Of a stretch of 64,000 nucleotides of DNA, positions 14,200 to 28,706 are shown piece after piece (position 1 is the first letter of the stretch; every line of letters begins with the position of its first letter). The stretch is from contig OZ024740.1 of assembly GCA_964016885.1 (NCBI GenBank), forward strand, positions 273,730,001 to 273,794,000, written 5' to 3'. The position numbers and the translations under genes were made by a program. This stretch comes from Eledone cirrhosa (taxonomy: Eukaryota). The notes under the pieces were generated by a model, which saw nothing but the letters and a program-made list of their open reading frames with translations, was not told the origin of the DNA and did not search any database.

Positions 14200-14955
14200 C
14201 TAGCAGAAAAAAACCATCCTCGGGTGGTTTTCTGCTAGTATGTGTAGTGTGTATATTGATATTATACGCATGTATATATATATGTAGATATGATACATCA
14301 AATAAAATCGTAATTGACACTATATAATACATACAAATTGAACGAAGGCTGCGTTACACTGTCTTTTGTAATCAGTAACGTAATCCATATTACATTGAAA
14401 AAGACGATATTATAAACTGCATTAAGAGAAATGTGTGACAGAAAATTAGTATGTTTATTTAAGCGATGGCCAACCGGAAGTGTTGACATTTCAGAAATTT
14501 TAAAGAAGTGAATCTTTAAATAAACAAAATATATTTAATGAACAGCCACGACATTTAGTAGATAAATTATGTAATATTCATTCATTATTTAATCCCCCCG
14601 AAGTTAACGTTGCCTTTCATCCTTACGGGGTCGATAAAATAAAGTACCAGTAATGCACTGAGTAATTGCTGGCCTTGACCCAAAAGTAGAAACAATTATT
14701 AGATCGGTGGATTGACAGTATCGGTAGAGGGTCGGACGCCATGCTTTGCAGCAAAGAGTTACGGCCCTTTATGATCTGAGTTCAAATCCACCGAGGTTAA
14801 CTTTGCCTTACATCCTTACGTGACCGATAAAATAAAGTACCAGTAATACAAGTAGAAACAATTATTTATTCAAAGTAATCCAACTTATTTTACAAACAGC
14901 ATAAAAAAAAATAAACCGTACACAATCCCGCAGACCTCTTTTATTATAGTTTAGA
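14200..14955 (-). mobile_element. Non-autonomous Helitron-like element containing SINE A copies
   Basis: Minus strand starts A|TCTAAACTATAATAAAA and ends in a hairpin plus CTAG|T; SINE A segments at ~14596-14697 and ~14705-14862. Confidence 0.55.
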
Positions 14956-15112
14956 TTATATTTGTTAGTGTTTTCCTTCTGTAACCATTACATTAAATGA
15001 GTTTTTAAAAATAAGAGTTAATAAATAAATAAAGAGTTAATAAATAAATAAATATAACGTTATACTTAATTTACCCTCCCATTCCAATTAAACCGAACGC
15101 TATTATGACTGT

Positions 15113-15360
15113 ATGTGTGTGTTTGTGTAAATGTATATGCATGAATGTATGTATGCTTGTGTAAATGTATATGTGTGAATATATGTATATTTGTGTGAAA
15201 GTATGTATGTTTGTGTGAATGTATGTATATTTGTGTGAAAGTATGTATGTTTGTGTGAAAGTATGTGTGAATGTATGTATGAGTGAATGTATGTATATTT
15301 GTGTGAAAGTATGTATGTTTGTGTGAAAGTATATGTGAATGTATGTATATTTGTGTGAAT
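15113..15360. repeat. ~20-bp minisatellite (GTATGTATRTTTGTGTGAAW)n
   Basis: Repeated units read directly. Confidence 0.85.
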
Positions 15361-15629
15361 TATGTCTGTGAGAGTGTAATTTTATAAGTGTTTGCGCGAT
15401 TATAGTTGTATACTCATAATAGTTATACACTCGTACATATAGATGTATGTATGTGCACAATTCTACGCGTCAGGTGTAGAAAATCATAATCTCTCTATCT
15501 CTCTCATCACAAACACTCTCTTTCTATAAATATGGTAGTTGAAGTTGTGGTGGCGACGATATACCGGAAGTGCAACTTTGAAAAGAAGTCAATTTGGAAT
15601 TTTTACGAAATTATGTAATATTCATCCAT

Positions 15630-15808
15630 TTTGGCAGTATCGGTAGAGAGTCGGACGCCATGCTTTCAAGCATAGTTACGTCCCTTTACGATCTGAGTTC
15701 AAATCCCGCCGAGGTTGACTTTGCCTTTCATCCTTACGGGGTCGATAAAATAAAGTACCAGTAATGAACTGGTTAATTGCTGACCTTGTGCCTAAAGTAG
15801 AAACAATT
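15630..15808 (+). mobile_element. SINE family A copy
   Basis: A/B boxes and conserved body; flanks are homologous to those around 14580-14930. Confidence 0.88.
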
Positions 15809-18800
15809 TATTCAAAGTAATCCAACTTATTTTACTAACTGGATAACAAAAAACCGTACGCAATCCCGTATATATATATATTTAGAGAGAGAGATATGTT
15901 TGTTTGTATTACGTATGCATATGTATGGATATATATATATATATGCATGTGTTTGTGTCTCTGTGTTTGCGTACGTGCGTGTGTATGTGTATGCATGTAT
16001 AAATATACATTTCGAAAACGGTGTTTTATTGAATGATGATATAATTATGCTATTGATTTGACATCAACTATGTTTTTGTCTTTATTGTCTTGTGTAATTA
16101 CCGGTTTCGTCCGTCTCCCATGACGTAAAATAATCTTGTGTTAAGCAAAACCATTGAAGTGAAATTGACTAGATAGAAAGTTGAACAGAATCTCATCGAA
16201 ACAATCATACTCAAGGAATCATTGTTTCGCCTCCTTTTCACTCCATGCTTCTCATAACGATCATACTTATTAAGCCTAACTCCGTGATTAAACTATATAT
16301 AATATTATACATGTAAATAATTAAAGCAAAACATAAATAGCATGTTAAAGTAAACATCGTCTTTAATTAGGTTTTTATTTAGAGAATTCTCTTGAAAAGA
16401 TATGGGCAGGAAATGCAACAGTCTATTGTTGTTACGGTGTTTTGTTTCGTGTTTTGGTCTTGTTCTATATTTTTCTCGATCCGTTATTATATGTTTGTGT
16501 TTTGTTTAACTGTTCAGACTGGAACATAATGTGTGTAGACAAAAGGCGCAGATGTATTTGATTGTGTCGGCTTATATATACTACATGCTCAGATAAAGAT
16601 ATTTAACTGTCCAAATATTGGTTTATTGAAATAGGACGAATTAACGCTCATCTAATGTATGTCAACGGACATACATTAGATGAGTTTATAAAAATACTCA
16701 ACAACAACTTCATGACAACCTAAATTTAAATAATACATATAACACAAACATAATAATACATATAACACACAAACAATCAAATAATGAAATATATCAATAA
16801 AACTTACAACCACACACCCATAATATAAAATCTAATATATCTTTCAACACATGTATACTCCATTTTTCTTGTTGGAGTAGCACACTATGACTATAAGGTG
16901 TTAATTAACGGCTTTGAACTTATGATTAGTAATATAACGCTCCCACCACATACCGAGATAGGGTTAAGACCCAAGCAACGACTTGGTTTACAACCCTCTT
17001 TTCACAACATGCAATGGCAAATACATATGTATATATGTATGTGTATCTGTGAGTGTATATATATATTGTATAAAGAATTTTTGAATGCGAAAAGACTATT
17101 GCATCAGTGGAAATGATTTGTTGTATTTACTTCCTTCATGCTCTGCGTTCAAATTCCATGAGTATGTACCAAGATGAAGCTAACCATTTACGGCATGGCG
17201 AAATTCATTCAATTCATGGTTAGCTTTTCTTATTCTATGGAGACATCGCCCAATGTTTCCTTTTCTAAGACGGTGAAGAGTGCCTTTGGGCGATTACATA
17301 GAAGCTCTGTGGATATTTTAAAAGGGCAACCCCATGATTTCTGGATAGCCTCGCTTTCCACTATCCGTGAAAGGAACTGTTATTGTTTGTCAGAAATTCC
17401 ATTATTAGCCAGCTCCTCAACAGCCGAGGTTTCGGCATTTCCTTTTTCTGTTGCTCAGACATGCGGAAATGTACGGAATCAGCGATATTATTCAATCATA
17501 GGTCAGTGCTGCTTCCAGGCATCTGAAACATTGTAAGTGCCTTACAACATTGCACTCACCAGTCAGTGCAGCTACTTATCACGATTCTTGTATGCTATAG
17601 AAAGTTAGTAGACAGCATAGGTTCTGTCAGCGATCATTCTGGAATCAACGATTACAGAGTATACATACAGAGTCTTCTGTATGACTTTCACATTTTCAAC
17701 TCTGTAAGCTAACCGAACGTACACACAGTTCATGACAAACTACGGTCTTACAACTTGTACAAGAAACTGTTTTACTCTTTTTCACTTGCTCGTCAAGAGT
17801 AAACTGCAACAATGTAATAAGTGTCCAAATCACTATTTGATACTCCCGGTATATATGCATGTATGTGTGTCTGTGTGTGAGTCGTGATTCTGTATGTGAG
17901 TGTGTCAATCTATAAATATGAGTATATATTTATGTATATTGATATATGTGTATGTGTGATTGTGGTGGCAGTCTTGGACAAGACATATGGTAATTCATAT
18001 GAATGCGTGCGTTTGTGTGTATGTAGCATATGTCTGTGTGTGTGTGCGTATGTACATGATCATCCTGGAGAGTCGAATAGGTATAAGGTGGTGGTGGACC
18101 TAGTTATAATACTGCTCAGACAAACTGACATGTATGAGACTAGCCAGATATGGGAAGACAACCCTGTTTTGCACTCGGACATAAATCAATATAACGTTAT
18201 GTCTTGAGAGCAGAGTGTGATCTGGAAGGGATGGGACGTTCAGTGTGTCGGTTTTTCATTTCAGAATAGTTTATTTTCTATATGTGTATGTATGTGTAGG
18301 GACGGAAAAGAAGTGAGTGTACTTACATGTGTGTTTGTTGGAGTGAGGGATGAAGGGGCGTGCAAACATATGTATATATGTATATATAAATGTTTGTATT
18401 CCACATGCATATACATATCTATATACGAGTGGAGGAGAAGCAGTGCATGTGTGTGTATCAGGATGTAAAGAATATGTATACATGTGTATTATAGTAGAAG
18501 TATGAATGTGTGTGCACTGTGAAAAATGGAGGCATGTTTGCGCTGTATTGCGTCTGTATTAGTGTATATAAGTGTGCATGAGGTATGCCTGAGCATGTGT
18601 AAATGTAAGCATGGAGAATAAGAATGTGTACCTGTATGTGTGTTGGTACATGTTTGATTGTATATTTGTATATATTTCATTACGTATGTATGGTTTATCC
18701 TATGAATACACTGGTCCTGGCAAAGCTGGTTATTAACTCAGGATAGATATGAAATGTAGGCCCAATCTGAGACAGCTGGTTACTTAATTTATTAATTAGA

Positions 18801-20236
18801 TTTTAATTTAATGCATATGACTTACGTATGGGTTACATGTGTACGGTGGGTACAAAATAGAACAAAAGAGGCGAATAACCCATTCAAGCCTATGTCAACT
18901 CACCCAGTGGTATCTTGTTGTGTGAAGACACGTGTATGGTTTTAAGGCGGTTTATCTAAGTATGATTTATCTATGTGTTGTGTGTGGTGGGTTTAATTAA
19001 ATGTGATGTATTGTGTTTGTAACAACTATAAGAAAATAGCATGTGCGTATGTTTGTGGATATATACAATTACAGGAAAGCCGATTTCTAACCTATAGGGT
19101 GTAGTTTTCTGAGATATAAGATAGTTTGTTGCTTCCCTTGGAACCGGGAAAATACAGAATTGCGGTTTAAAATGATATAGAAAAGGAAATAAACAGAGGT
19201 ATGACCAGGTGAATGGAAATGGTTGGTGATGGGTGATACTGTGTTTTGCACGCGGACGTCTCAAAGTTACTTCCTAAACCTATCGGCTAATCTTCGGTCA
19301 GTCACCCCAACATGTATTAGGCTATCCACATAGTCGGACTTAATGTTTTCGGTATCCTTCATTCCCGTAAACGCAGTGGGTTTCATGATGAAGAGAATCT
19401 CAGATATTCCTACTGAGATTACTTTGAATCTAAGAAAATAATTATCTTTAGCCGAGAGCTAGCGCTCAGACTGGTATATAGAGTCTGTTACTCACTCACA
19501 TTTTCTCCTTCCTATCGTAGCTTAATTACTTCTTTTATTTTGTTTCTTTTCTTTATCTTCTATTCTTCATTTCCTTATTGCTTTATATAAATATCTGCAA
19601 ACAATACATAATGTTAAATATGTGTACATATGTAATCTATAAAATGTTCTATACAATGTCAGGTATGATCCCACATCAACAACAGGAAGTTGATTTGGAA
19701 TAGGTAATTCGTTCAATAGCGGACTCTAAATTGTATTCCCCAAACTTGCTGTCTCCGCTCTTTACATTTCCTACTAACGCTACATTGACATATGTTTCTT
19801 GGTGATGACTGGCACAAAACCAGCTTAGTTAAATCGCGTTCATTTGTTCCTCCTCCTCCTCCTCCTCCAACTTTTGCACTCATCACAACACCCGGCTCTT
19901 CCTCACAGAGTTTCGACCATTTAGATATTTCTTTACAGTGATTGAATAGAAACTCTTTAAGAAAAACATTAACAACATCTCGGAGAACCTATCTCGTACA
20001 TAAATATAGTCTGTCCAAAATATATGCATATGTAAATATAATATTGTTTGGTACACATAGATTCCGATGTATTCCTGAAATGAAGGGCATATCCAAGCCT
20101 AATAAAATATTTTAGCACCCATTACCCCTCAATAAATAAATCTTTGTATCCTTCTCCCGTGCAAATAACAGTAGTTAAATATGTTTACTGTTTGTTTATT
20201 ACAAGCAAAAAACAAAGGGTTTACATTGGAATGCAA

Positions 20237-20355
20237 TAATTGTTTCTACCTTTGGCACAAGGCCAGCAAATATCCAGCGTATTACTGGTAATTTATTTTA
20301 TCGACCCCGTAAGGATGAAAGGCAAAGTTAACCTTGGCGGGATTTGAACTCAGAA
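20237..20355 (-). mobile_element. SINE family A, 5'-truncated
   Basis: Reverse complement of the conserved body and tail. Confidence 0.85.
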
Positions 20356-21204
20356 TGGATTGTAATAATGTTGAGATCACAGTAGTAGAGGTTGTGGTGA
20401 AGTTATCTTTAAGTTTAGTGTTTGTGAAGCTGTGAGGAGAATTTAGTATTGTGTCATTGTTAAAAGGAAAAGGTTGTTTTCAGAGGTGGTTATTATAGTG
20501 AGAGTCTTGCTGGTGAAATGCGTAGTAGTTGTGATGTTGGTTTGCATTGCAGGTGATAGTATTGGGGAAGGTGCTATTGACCATGGTGATGGCGGTGGAG
20601 CTAAGCACCTAGTGGTAGTGGTCATGGGGAGGATAGTGGTGGTTGATGATTTAGTAACTGATTGTTATAATATTGATTGTGGTGTTCTGTGTTATTCACA
20701 CTAACGTTTATGTTGTTGCTGTTTGTGGTAATCATGTTGTGTGGGTTTTGTATGTAACATTAGTGATGAGGTCTTTGGCTTGAATAATTTTGGTGTTGAG
20801 TTTACTCTAGAAGACGGAGTAATGGCTTTTCGACCCAGATGTTTCCCAATAATAATTAAAAAGAAAATAGTTACGCAGACCAGCAGTAAAAATCCACAAC
20901 TATAGCAACAATTCCAACATCACATTTCCAATAAAAACAATAAAGAGTAGCTGATCAATGGCAATCACAAGAATATCAACAAGGAAATTGTTTATTTTTT
21001 TCAATTTATTTGCTGGCTTATTTTTTGCTATTTCATTTTAAAATGAGAAATGAGACCAAATTTGCAACGATGGGTGTATAATTGTATAATTGATAAAATG
21101 GTTTTACATCAGAAAATTAATGGTATTTTATTGTAATAATGCAAAACAAGATCTTCCAACTACACCTCCTTTAACACTTACACATACACGGCAATAAAGG
21201 AGAA

Positions 21205-21520
21205 CAATATGTGGTCATTCGACCAGATAGACATAGAAACCTATATCCCTCAATTTAAAGAAATCTCTCTTAAATCGTAAATACAAATATATTGGATAAT
21301 GCAGTTCTTCAGATACGTACTAAGTCTTCAAAAAGGACAGGATTTGCAATGCTGGAAAATCTGTAATCATAAGTTTGCTTGGTCAGGTTTCAACATCAAC
21401 ATTAATGATACCTGCGAGATTGGGGGATATTTAGAGCTTGCTTAAATAACAGCCGGATAACCCTCAAATCAAATTCCGCGCTCTTAAAAAATGAAGAACT
21501 AATATTAGGTAATGTAAAAG
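21205..21520 (+). repeat. Old interspersed repeat, two diverged segments
   Basis: Motif approx. TAGAAATAGCAGC.AAATCTCCCTCAAATC...CTTAAAA...ATATTGGATAATGTAGT recurs at ~35040-35340, 49870-49980 and 51660-51840 (+) and at ~2000-2100, 34560-34700, 44330-44460 and 59490-59610 (-). Confidence 0.55.
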
Positions 21521-22647
21521 GAAGTGTTCATAATTTTTAGTGATTTACATTTAACTATTTCTTAAAATGAGATACTCTATATTTGACACTTTTGAAAATG
21601 TAATGCATATCAACTGTTTCATCATCCGCAAATAAAAGCTGCACTGATGGCGTAAGATATCCACTCACAAATTTGGCTCCTGTGCACTCATATTTCTCTG
21701 TTCTCTACCCCTTGGATTACTTTACAAAACAAAAGAGCAGGGTATCAGTAGTATCTGTATTTGGTTTCTTTTGCAAATTTCAAAATGTGTGAAACGGAAA
21801 ACAAAATCCTTCAAAATATGAATGCCAGATCACACACAAACATACTTCAGAGAAGCTGATAATATCTAGGTGGATGAAAAAAGTGATATTCGCTAACGAA
21901 TAAAAAGAAAGAAGAAAAAAAACACTTTATGATAACTTCTGCAAGATGACGTGAAAAAGAAAAATGGAGGATAAATAGAAAAAAGTTTTGAGAAGAGAAA
22001 CAAAGGAAAAAAGAGAAAGGAGATAATAAACGTACGAATATACTTGATACAAGTTGCGAAATGAAGTTGGGGCAAGGACACAATAACACATTGGTAGTGT
22101 GGTGATAAAGATATGAAAAATGTGATAAGAATTTGGTGACTGTTATGACATATATTGTTAAGGTATGAACCTACAAGGAGTGTCATCACACATATCAACC
22201 AATCGACATTGAAATGAGTTATCTGCAATATAATACTGAATGAAAGATAAACGTAAAGAAGAATGGACGAAAGAAAATGAAAAATTGGAAAAATAATAAA
22301 AATAGGAAAATATTAGATTAATCAATATGGAATTGTACTTTTTTTCTTTTGTGATTCTGTAGATATTTCCCGTGTATTAAATACTCCTTAATATGCAGCA
22401 GTTAGGGCACTACTTTACTTATCGTATAATAAAACTTTTTATAGGATAATGATTAAAATAAACAAAATCTAGGGCGCATATTATTGGTATGTATCCTATT
22501 GGTCATGGAGGGATTATACCGAAGCTATTGTTAGGTGATAGAGATAAACTATGAATACAATCTACGTTGAATATATAACTATTCGGAAACAATCTTACCT
22601 TTTAATATCCTTAGACATAAAATACTTTATTTTTTTATCAATGTTAC

Positions 22648-22682
<35 letters not shown>

Positions 22683-22688
<6 letters not shown>

Positions 22689-23264
22689 TATTGAAGTTTG
22701 CTTGAAGCATTGTGGAATAATAGGTAAATATCTTTAAGTCGTTTGGAAGCCTCGACAATGCAAATGGGTAAATCTCCGGGTAACAAGATCCGGTGGTGGA
22801 GAGAGAGATGTAAGTGGGTGTACGTTGAGATGCGTGGTGTGTATAAGACGTGTAGAGGAATGAAGTAAAGAGTATAAAGGATAAAATAAAAATAACAACA
22901 CGAGAGAGAGAGTTACCTTGGGAGAGATATAATTGAATATTCAAAACAACAAACAGCGGAGGACACGTTTCGCACCTTTCCGACAGACAACATTTCCTCC
23001 ACCAGGGAAAAAAACCCAAAATTGATTGATGTGAATCCGAAATATATAGGGACAATTAAATCTCTCCCAAGGTAACTCTCTCTCTCATGTTGTTATTTTT
23101 ATTTTATCCTTTATACTCTTTACTTCATTCCTCTACACGTCTTATACACACCACGCATCTCAACGTACACCCACTTACATCTCTCTCTCCACCACCGGAT
23201 CTTGTTACCCGGAGATTTATCCATTTGCATTGTTGAGGCTTCCAAACGACTTAAAGATATTTAC

Positions 23265-23266
<2 letters not shown>
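22683..23266. mobile_element. Fold-back element: 213-bp inverted arms, 117-bp spacer, between (TA)n tracts
   Basis: Arms 22723-22935 / 23053-23265 with ~4 mismatches; the spacer has a hammerhead-like 3' half (GAAACGTGTC) on the minus strand. Confidence 0.85.
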
Positions 23267-23338
<72 letters not shown>

Positions 23339-24414
23339 ATTTTTTTTAAGGGGGGGGGGGTACTATTATCTTGCCCCGAAACCCCCAGGGAGCTCTAATT
23401 GGAGAACACTATGCTTCAGTTTTCTGACATTCTTAGAATGAACGATACATCGGTTTTATATTGAATATAAATACTAATCTGTCAAGAATAATAGCCCCAG
23501 AAGACACCTATTGCTGATTTCTAACTAAATGTGCAGACACCTATAAACTGGATATATATCACATCACATATTAAACACAAATAAAAGCAGTCTTAAACTG
23601 TGTCACAAATACTTGGCGGGAGGGGTATCGTACGAGGCTATGCGTCAATTTTCCCCAAGCTTTGGTTATCTCTCATATGTAACATCCCGATCATAAGGGA
23701 ATACTAAATACAATAGCATTCCGAAAGAATGTTATTTTATTTGGGAGTAATGTAATGAAAATAGGTAGTTACTTAGGGAGAAGAAAGTAATCTTAATTTA
23801 GTAGATGTATATATGATAATGATTAAACAAAGTTCAGGAGCGAATTATTGTTATTGATTAACAGAAGTGTAAAATGAAATACAGCGAGGGCCGGAGTGAT
23901 AAGATGAAGGATATCAAAGACAATTGGAGGATTTAAATATCTTTAGAAAGAATATTGGAATATTGGAATCAAAGAATTATGGAATTAAAGTTTTTTGCTG
24001 GTAACCCCGCCATAATTTAGTAGTCTCTATTCAATAGAGACTGCTAAATTATAATACACACACACACACACACACACGCACACACGCACACACACACTCG
24101 CATGTATGTGTGTGTATACATATATATATACACACATGTATATATAAATGTATATATATATATATATACACATGTATGTGTGTTTGTGTGTGTATGTTTA
24201 TAATTATCGTTATAAACACTGGGTGTTAAAAAGCAATATAACTTAATAATTCGATAAAAATACGTTAATACGATAAGTAACAGACAAACCTAGAGGGACC
24301 GTCTAGATGACATACAAATAGCAATAAATGAAAAAGTGTCCATGTATTCCAGGTATTTATAAACTTCATTTGTTAGATTTGTCTTCTCTGTATCTAAAAA
24401 GTCTAAAGTCTATC

Positions 24415-24681
24415 TTAAGCCAGACGGCTCATTTGGCCGGTGCTTATCCCGGTTTCATGGCGTGGAGCGACTGAGAGTACAAGACTCGCGCATGGATAGG
24501 ACGCCAGTCCATCGCAGGGTTAAACCTCCAGCTATTGCTGGTACTCACGTTCAGCTGAGTATACTGGAGCAACGTGAAATAAAGTGTATTGCTCAAGAAC
24601 AAAACACGCAAGCCAGGAATCGAGCCCACGGCATTATGATCGTAAGTCCAACACCCTCACCACTAGGCCACGTGCCTCCAC
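24415..24681 (-). mobile_element. tRNA-derived SINE (family B head) with a V-SINE-like central domain
   Basis: A box TGGCCTAGTGG, B-box-like GCTCGATTCC, then AACCCTGCGATGGACTGGCGTCC. Confidence 0.8.
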
Positions 24682-25269
24682 ATTCTAAGTATAGCCTACA
24701 TCAATACATCCAATATTTATCTTACTACGCCCTCATGTATAATATTGGAGAGAAAATATGATACTAATTTTTATTTTAAAACACGGACACTCACTTTATT
24801 TCCAGGTGCAAATCGAAGTAAATTGCATAAATTCCAAGCTAATTTCCGAGGTTGAAAACAAATAATTTACTACAAAGAGGTTGAAGGAAGAAATACTAGA
24901 ATGAAACAAAGCAAATCAGCAACAAATATTGGGTATTAAGGGCTACTCAGTGACATGAATTTTAAATTTGAAGACTTTCTCCTCGTCCTCTCTCTCGCAC
25001 TAGAATCTTGGCTCTTTCTCTCACTGTAGTATTGGATCACTCTTCTCCCCCTCTCTCCTTGTTAATTCGTCGTAGTCACGTTTTCTTTATTCCCCACTAT
25101 TGTTTGATTGATGGTGATTTCTCAGATACAGTTCTCATAATTGAAGTGAATATGTTTGTTTTGTAATTGACAAAGATTCACGATGAAGAGTCTGTAAACG
25201 TTGCAAGTTATTCCATTTCGTAAAGACAACAGAAATACAACATAACGAAGAGTGAAACAATGAGAGGAG

Positions 25270-25309
<40 letters not shown>

Positions 25310-25526
25310 AGACAGAGACAGAGAGAGAAAGAGAGAGAAAGAGAGAGAAAGAGAGAGAAAGAGAGAGAAAGAGAGAGAGAATGTGTGTGTTTATGAAAGA
25401 TAAAGAAAGACAATGGGGTAAATAGAAAATGAAAAGAGCCATTAATAAGAAACAAATCTAAATGTATAAAAAATACAAAATATGCACATACATACAGAGA
25501 CACTCATACATACACACACGCACATA

Positions 25527-25594
<68 letters not shown>

Positions 25595-26764
25595 AATATA
25601 TTTATATAGATGTGTGTGTCAGTTTGTGTATGTGTGCATTTATGTGTGTATGTTTGTATGTATGTATAAACATATGTATAGACATATGTACAGACATATA
25701 GTGGCAGGAAAACAAGCATACAGCAGTAGCTAAATAAAAGGGGAAAAAAAGAAAGAAATCTACAACATAACTATTATGGATGATTGTTAAAAGTAAGCAA
25801 CGCTCTTAACAATCAGCAGACTGAATAAATTTCTAACTGAATATTTCCGTATCTTTTATTCTTTAACTAAACATAATCAGAGAAAGTGATCTTAAGTTCC
25901 AAGTGATTAATATAGATCAATTTTCACTTTTCAAAGTATCATCGTTACTAATCCTAAACATTTGCCAACAAGATACCAAAAGGTAAAAATCATAATTTTG
26001 GTTTTCGATTCCTAATTTTTGTATACTTTGATTATTCTATGTATTTATATATTTTCTTTTATTGAATTCCTTTGTTTGTTCTTTTACAACAACAACAACA
26101 ACAACAAAAACACCATCAACTACTACTACTACTACTACTAATAATAATAATACTACTACTAATACTACTATTATTATTATTATTAATATTATTATTGTTG
26201 TTGTAGTTGTTATTATTATTATCATTATTATTATTATTATTATTATTAGCATTATTATTATATATATATATATATTATTTTATCTATTTTATTTTCATAT
26301 TATAACATCCTTTTTACACCGAAGCGTTGATTTTTGTTTGTAATGATATGGTGAGATTTTCTCTTTCACAAATCGGCATTTTGCAATCAAGATAATTTCA
26401 GAGACGAACTAACAACTGATCGGTTTGGAGGTCAATAATTATTATATCTGAATGCTGGATTGCTCTCACAGACTTCTGATTCGATGCTAATCAATGCTGT
26501 GATGTGAGAGCTATATCATAATGAAGAGAATTCTTGCTTAAAGTTAATGCTTCTCCTTCTCTAGCCCTTTTCTGTATATATATTTTTTCTGATGATTCTT
26601 TTGTTTCCTCCACTGCATTATTTGTTCATATGCTAATTAACTTGTGTTTGTTTTCTATAATAGATATTAAGAGAAATTCACTAACAGTTTCGTTGTAAAA
26701 TTGTTAATTCTTCTTTGTTATCATTGTTTATGTCATTATTATTGCTGTTGTTCTTATTTTTCAT

Positions 26765-26861
<97 letters not shown>

Positions 26862-27104
26862 TTTATTTTCCCATAAAATATGTCATAAGACGGAAAATTT
26901 CAAAGATGAAGTTTTCTGTTTATAGAAGAATTTGTAGTTATTTAATAAGGAGAAATAGTAATTTTCAAATCAATTCTTCTTTATTATTTTGTGTATACCG
27001 CTCTGCCATTCAGTATTAGTGTTATCTGGTTACATTTAATAGAACTAAAAGCAACAGTGTTCATATATATGAACGTTAATGTGAGTAATTATATATATAT
27101 TATA

Positions 27105-27435
27105 TATAAGTTATCCCTGGTTCAATCGGGGGTAACCACAGTAAGTAAGATACTCAATACAAGGCAGACTCTGGCCTCCAGTTTTAATCAAACCATTATA
27201 GTTAGGAAATCAGAAAAATGCTTACTGTAATCCAGTTCGTGGTTAAGATAGCCAGTTTCATGGAAGGTTTCTAACCTACGGTTAGGGGTAACTCCACAAG
27301 TTTGCAAGAAACTGGTTAGTAAATCTCGTTCAATCTTGGAGTATAAACAATAAAAGAGAAAACACGGGTAAGCATTTAAAAAAGGATTTTATCCAGGTAT
27401 TTACGACTGTTTCATTGGTAAACACAACCTTATAT
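27105..27435 (-). mobile_element. Diverged relative of the 31451-31648 element
   Basis: Minus strand GTATTGAGTATCTTACTTACTGTGGTTACCCCCGATTGAACCAGGGATAAC-(TA) matches the tail at 31590-31645; residual inverted CCAGTTTC/GAAACTGG. Confidence 0.65.
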
Positions 27436-27996
27436 TGCTATAATGCAAATAGCAGCCACACGATAATAACTGTTATTCACCTCCAAATTTACAAAATAAT
27501 GAATAAGTTACTTGTAAAAGGTTCTTAATATATAAAAAACATTTTTTTTTAAATCGTATTTACTAGTATAGAGAGAAAGGAAAGGGGAGAAGAATTAGGA
27601 AGTAGCGGGACAAACGGAGATGGAGGGAGGGGTAAAGATGGCAGGATTCCTCAATCACTTTTGATTCGTCGACTTGATGTCGTCAATTTACAGTGTAGGG
27701 AGTTAAAGAGAATTAAATTGTTTATAGTGGGAGGAGAGAGAGAGAGAGGGAGAGAGAGAGAGGGGGGAGATGGAGAGATAAATATATACAAAAAAGGGGG
27801 AAGAGAAAAAAAAGAAAAGAAAACAGAACAAAAAAAGGGAGAGAAGAAGAAAACGAAAAAAGAAAAAAAGGAATGAAGGAGGAGAGAGGGACATAAGTAT
27901 TGGTTACTATGGGTAATTAAAGGGGTTAGATTCAATAAGAGAGTAGAAAGTCTAAGTATATGGAGTTTGTCAGGTGGTAGTAGGAGGTTAAGCGTT

Positions 27997-28530
27997 CTAT
28001 TTGCACTTGTAGTGCGAACATTTTTCTTTAAGTCTATGGTTACAATAAATTGATCTTTCAATTTTATTGTTGAGTAACTTATTCTTCGAACTCAAAATGT
28101 GGAACAGTTGAAGGTCACATAATCGACAGCTTCTCATACTACTCGGATATGCAGGCGCGTTCGATAATTTCTTCCACTTCAGCGTGTATTGCTGGTTACT
28201 TTCCTTCAGTTGCCAGGTCTTGTTCGCAAGGGTAGTTATATAACGATGCTGGGAATGTTTCATTGCGTAACGATGGGTATAACCAACGAGCTTTAAATGT
28301 ATTCCCAGTTGCTCCAATGTAATACCACTTCTGATTGTCTGATTCGACCGTGCATTGGTAAACCAGATTAGACTGCATACATTCATTATGCAATAGACAT
28401 GTTTCGGGTAGGTGGCAATTACAATTCTTGTCGTGGGCAACTTTGGCCTTATTGGTGGGCTGCGATGCCCGTACAAGTGTGTTACGTTTTGTTTGCCTTC
28501 TAGTGGGTGGTTGTGTATTGGTAATACTGC
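27997..28530 (-). pseudogene. Penelope-like element GIY-YIG endonuclease remnant
   Basis: Across a frameshift: C..SNLVYQCTV......YYIGAT.NTFKARW...H...T.LA..W.LK....Y.LKW...A.AY.....CRLC....I......LLN...E....C.H, typical of PLE C-termini. Confidence 0.82.
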
Positions 28531-28706
28531 CAATACTGGAATTGATTAATCAAGACCGTAGCGGTATGTCATATATCATATCATATATTTTTTCTGATGA
28601 GAACGTACTGAAAAAACAACACAGTACCTTTGAAAGATGTATAATAAAGTATATATTTTGATTATGAGAATATTTTTCATTTGTTAACATTTTGAATAAT
28701 ATATAT

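Noticed and set aside
24012-24052. 20-bp-arm hairpin next to (CA)n
   Set aside because: Real but too short to assign; no ribozyme core or TSD.
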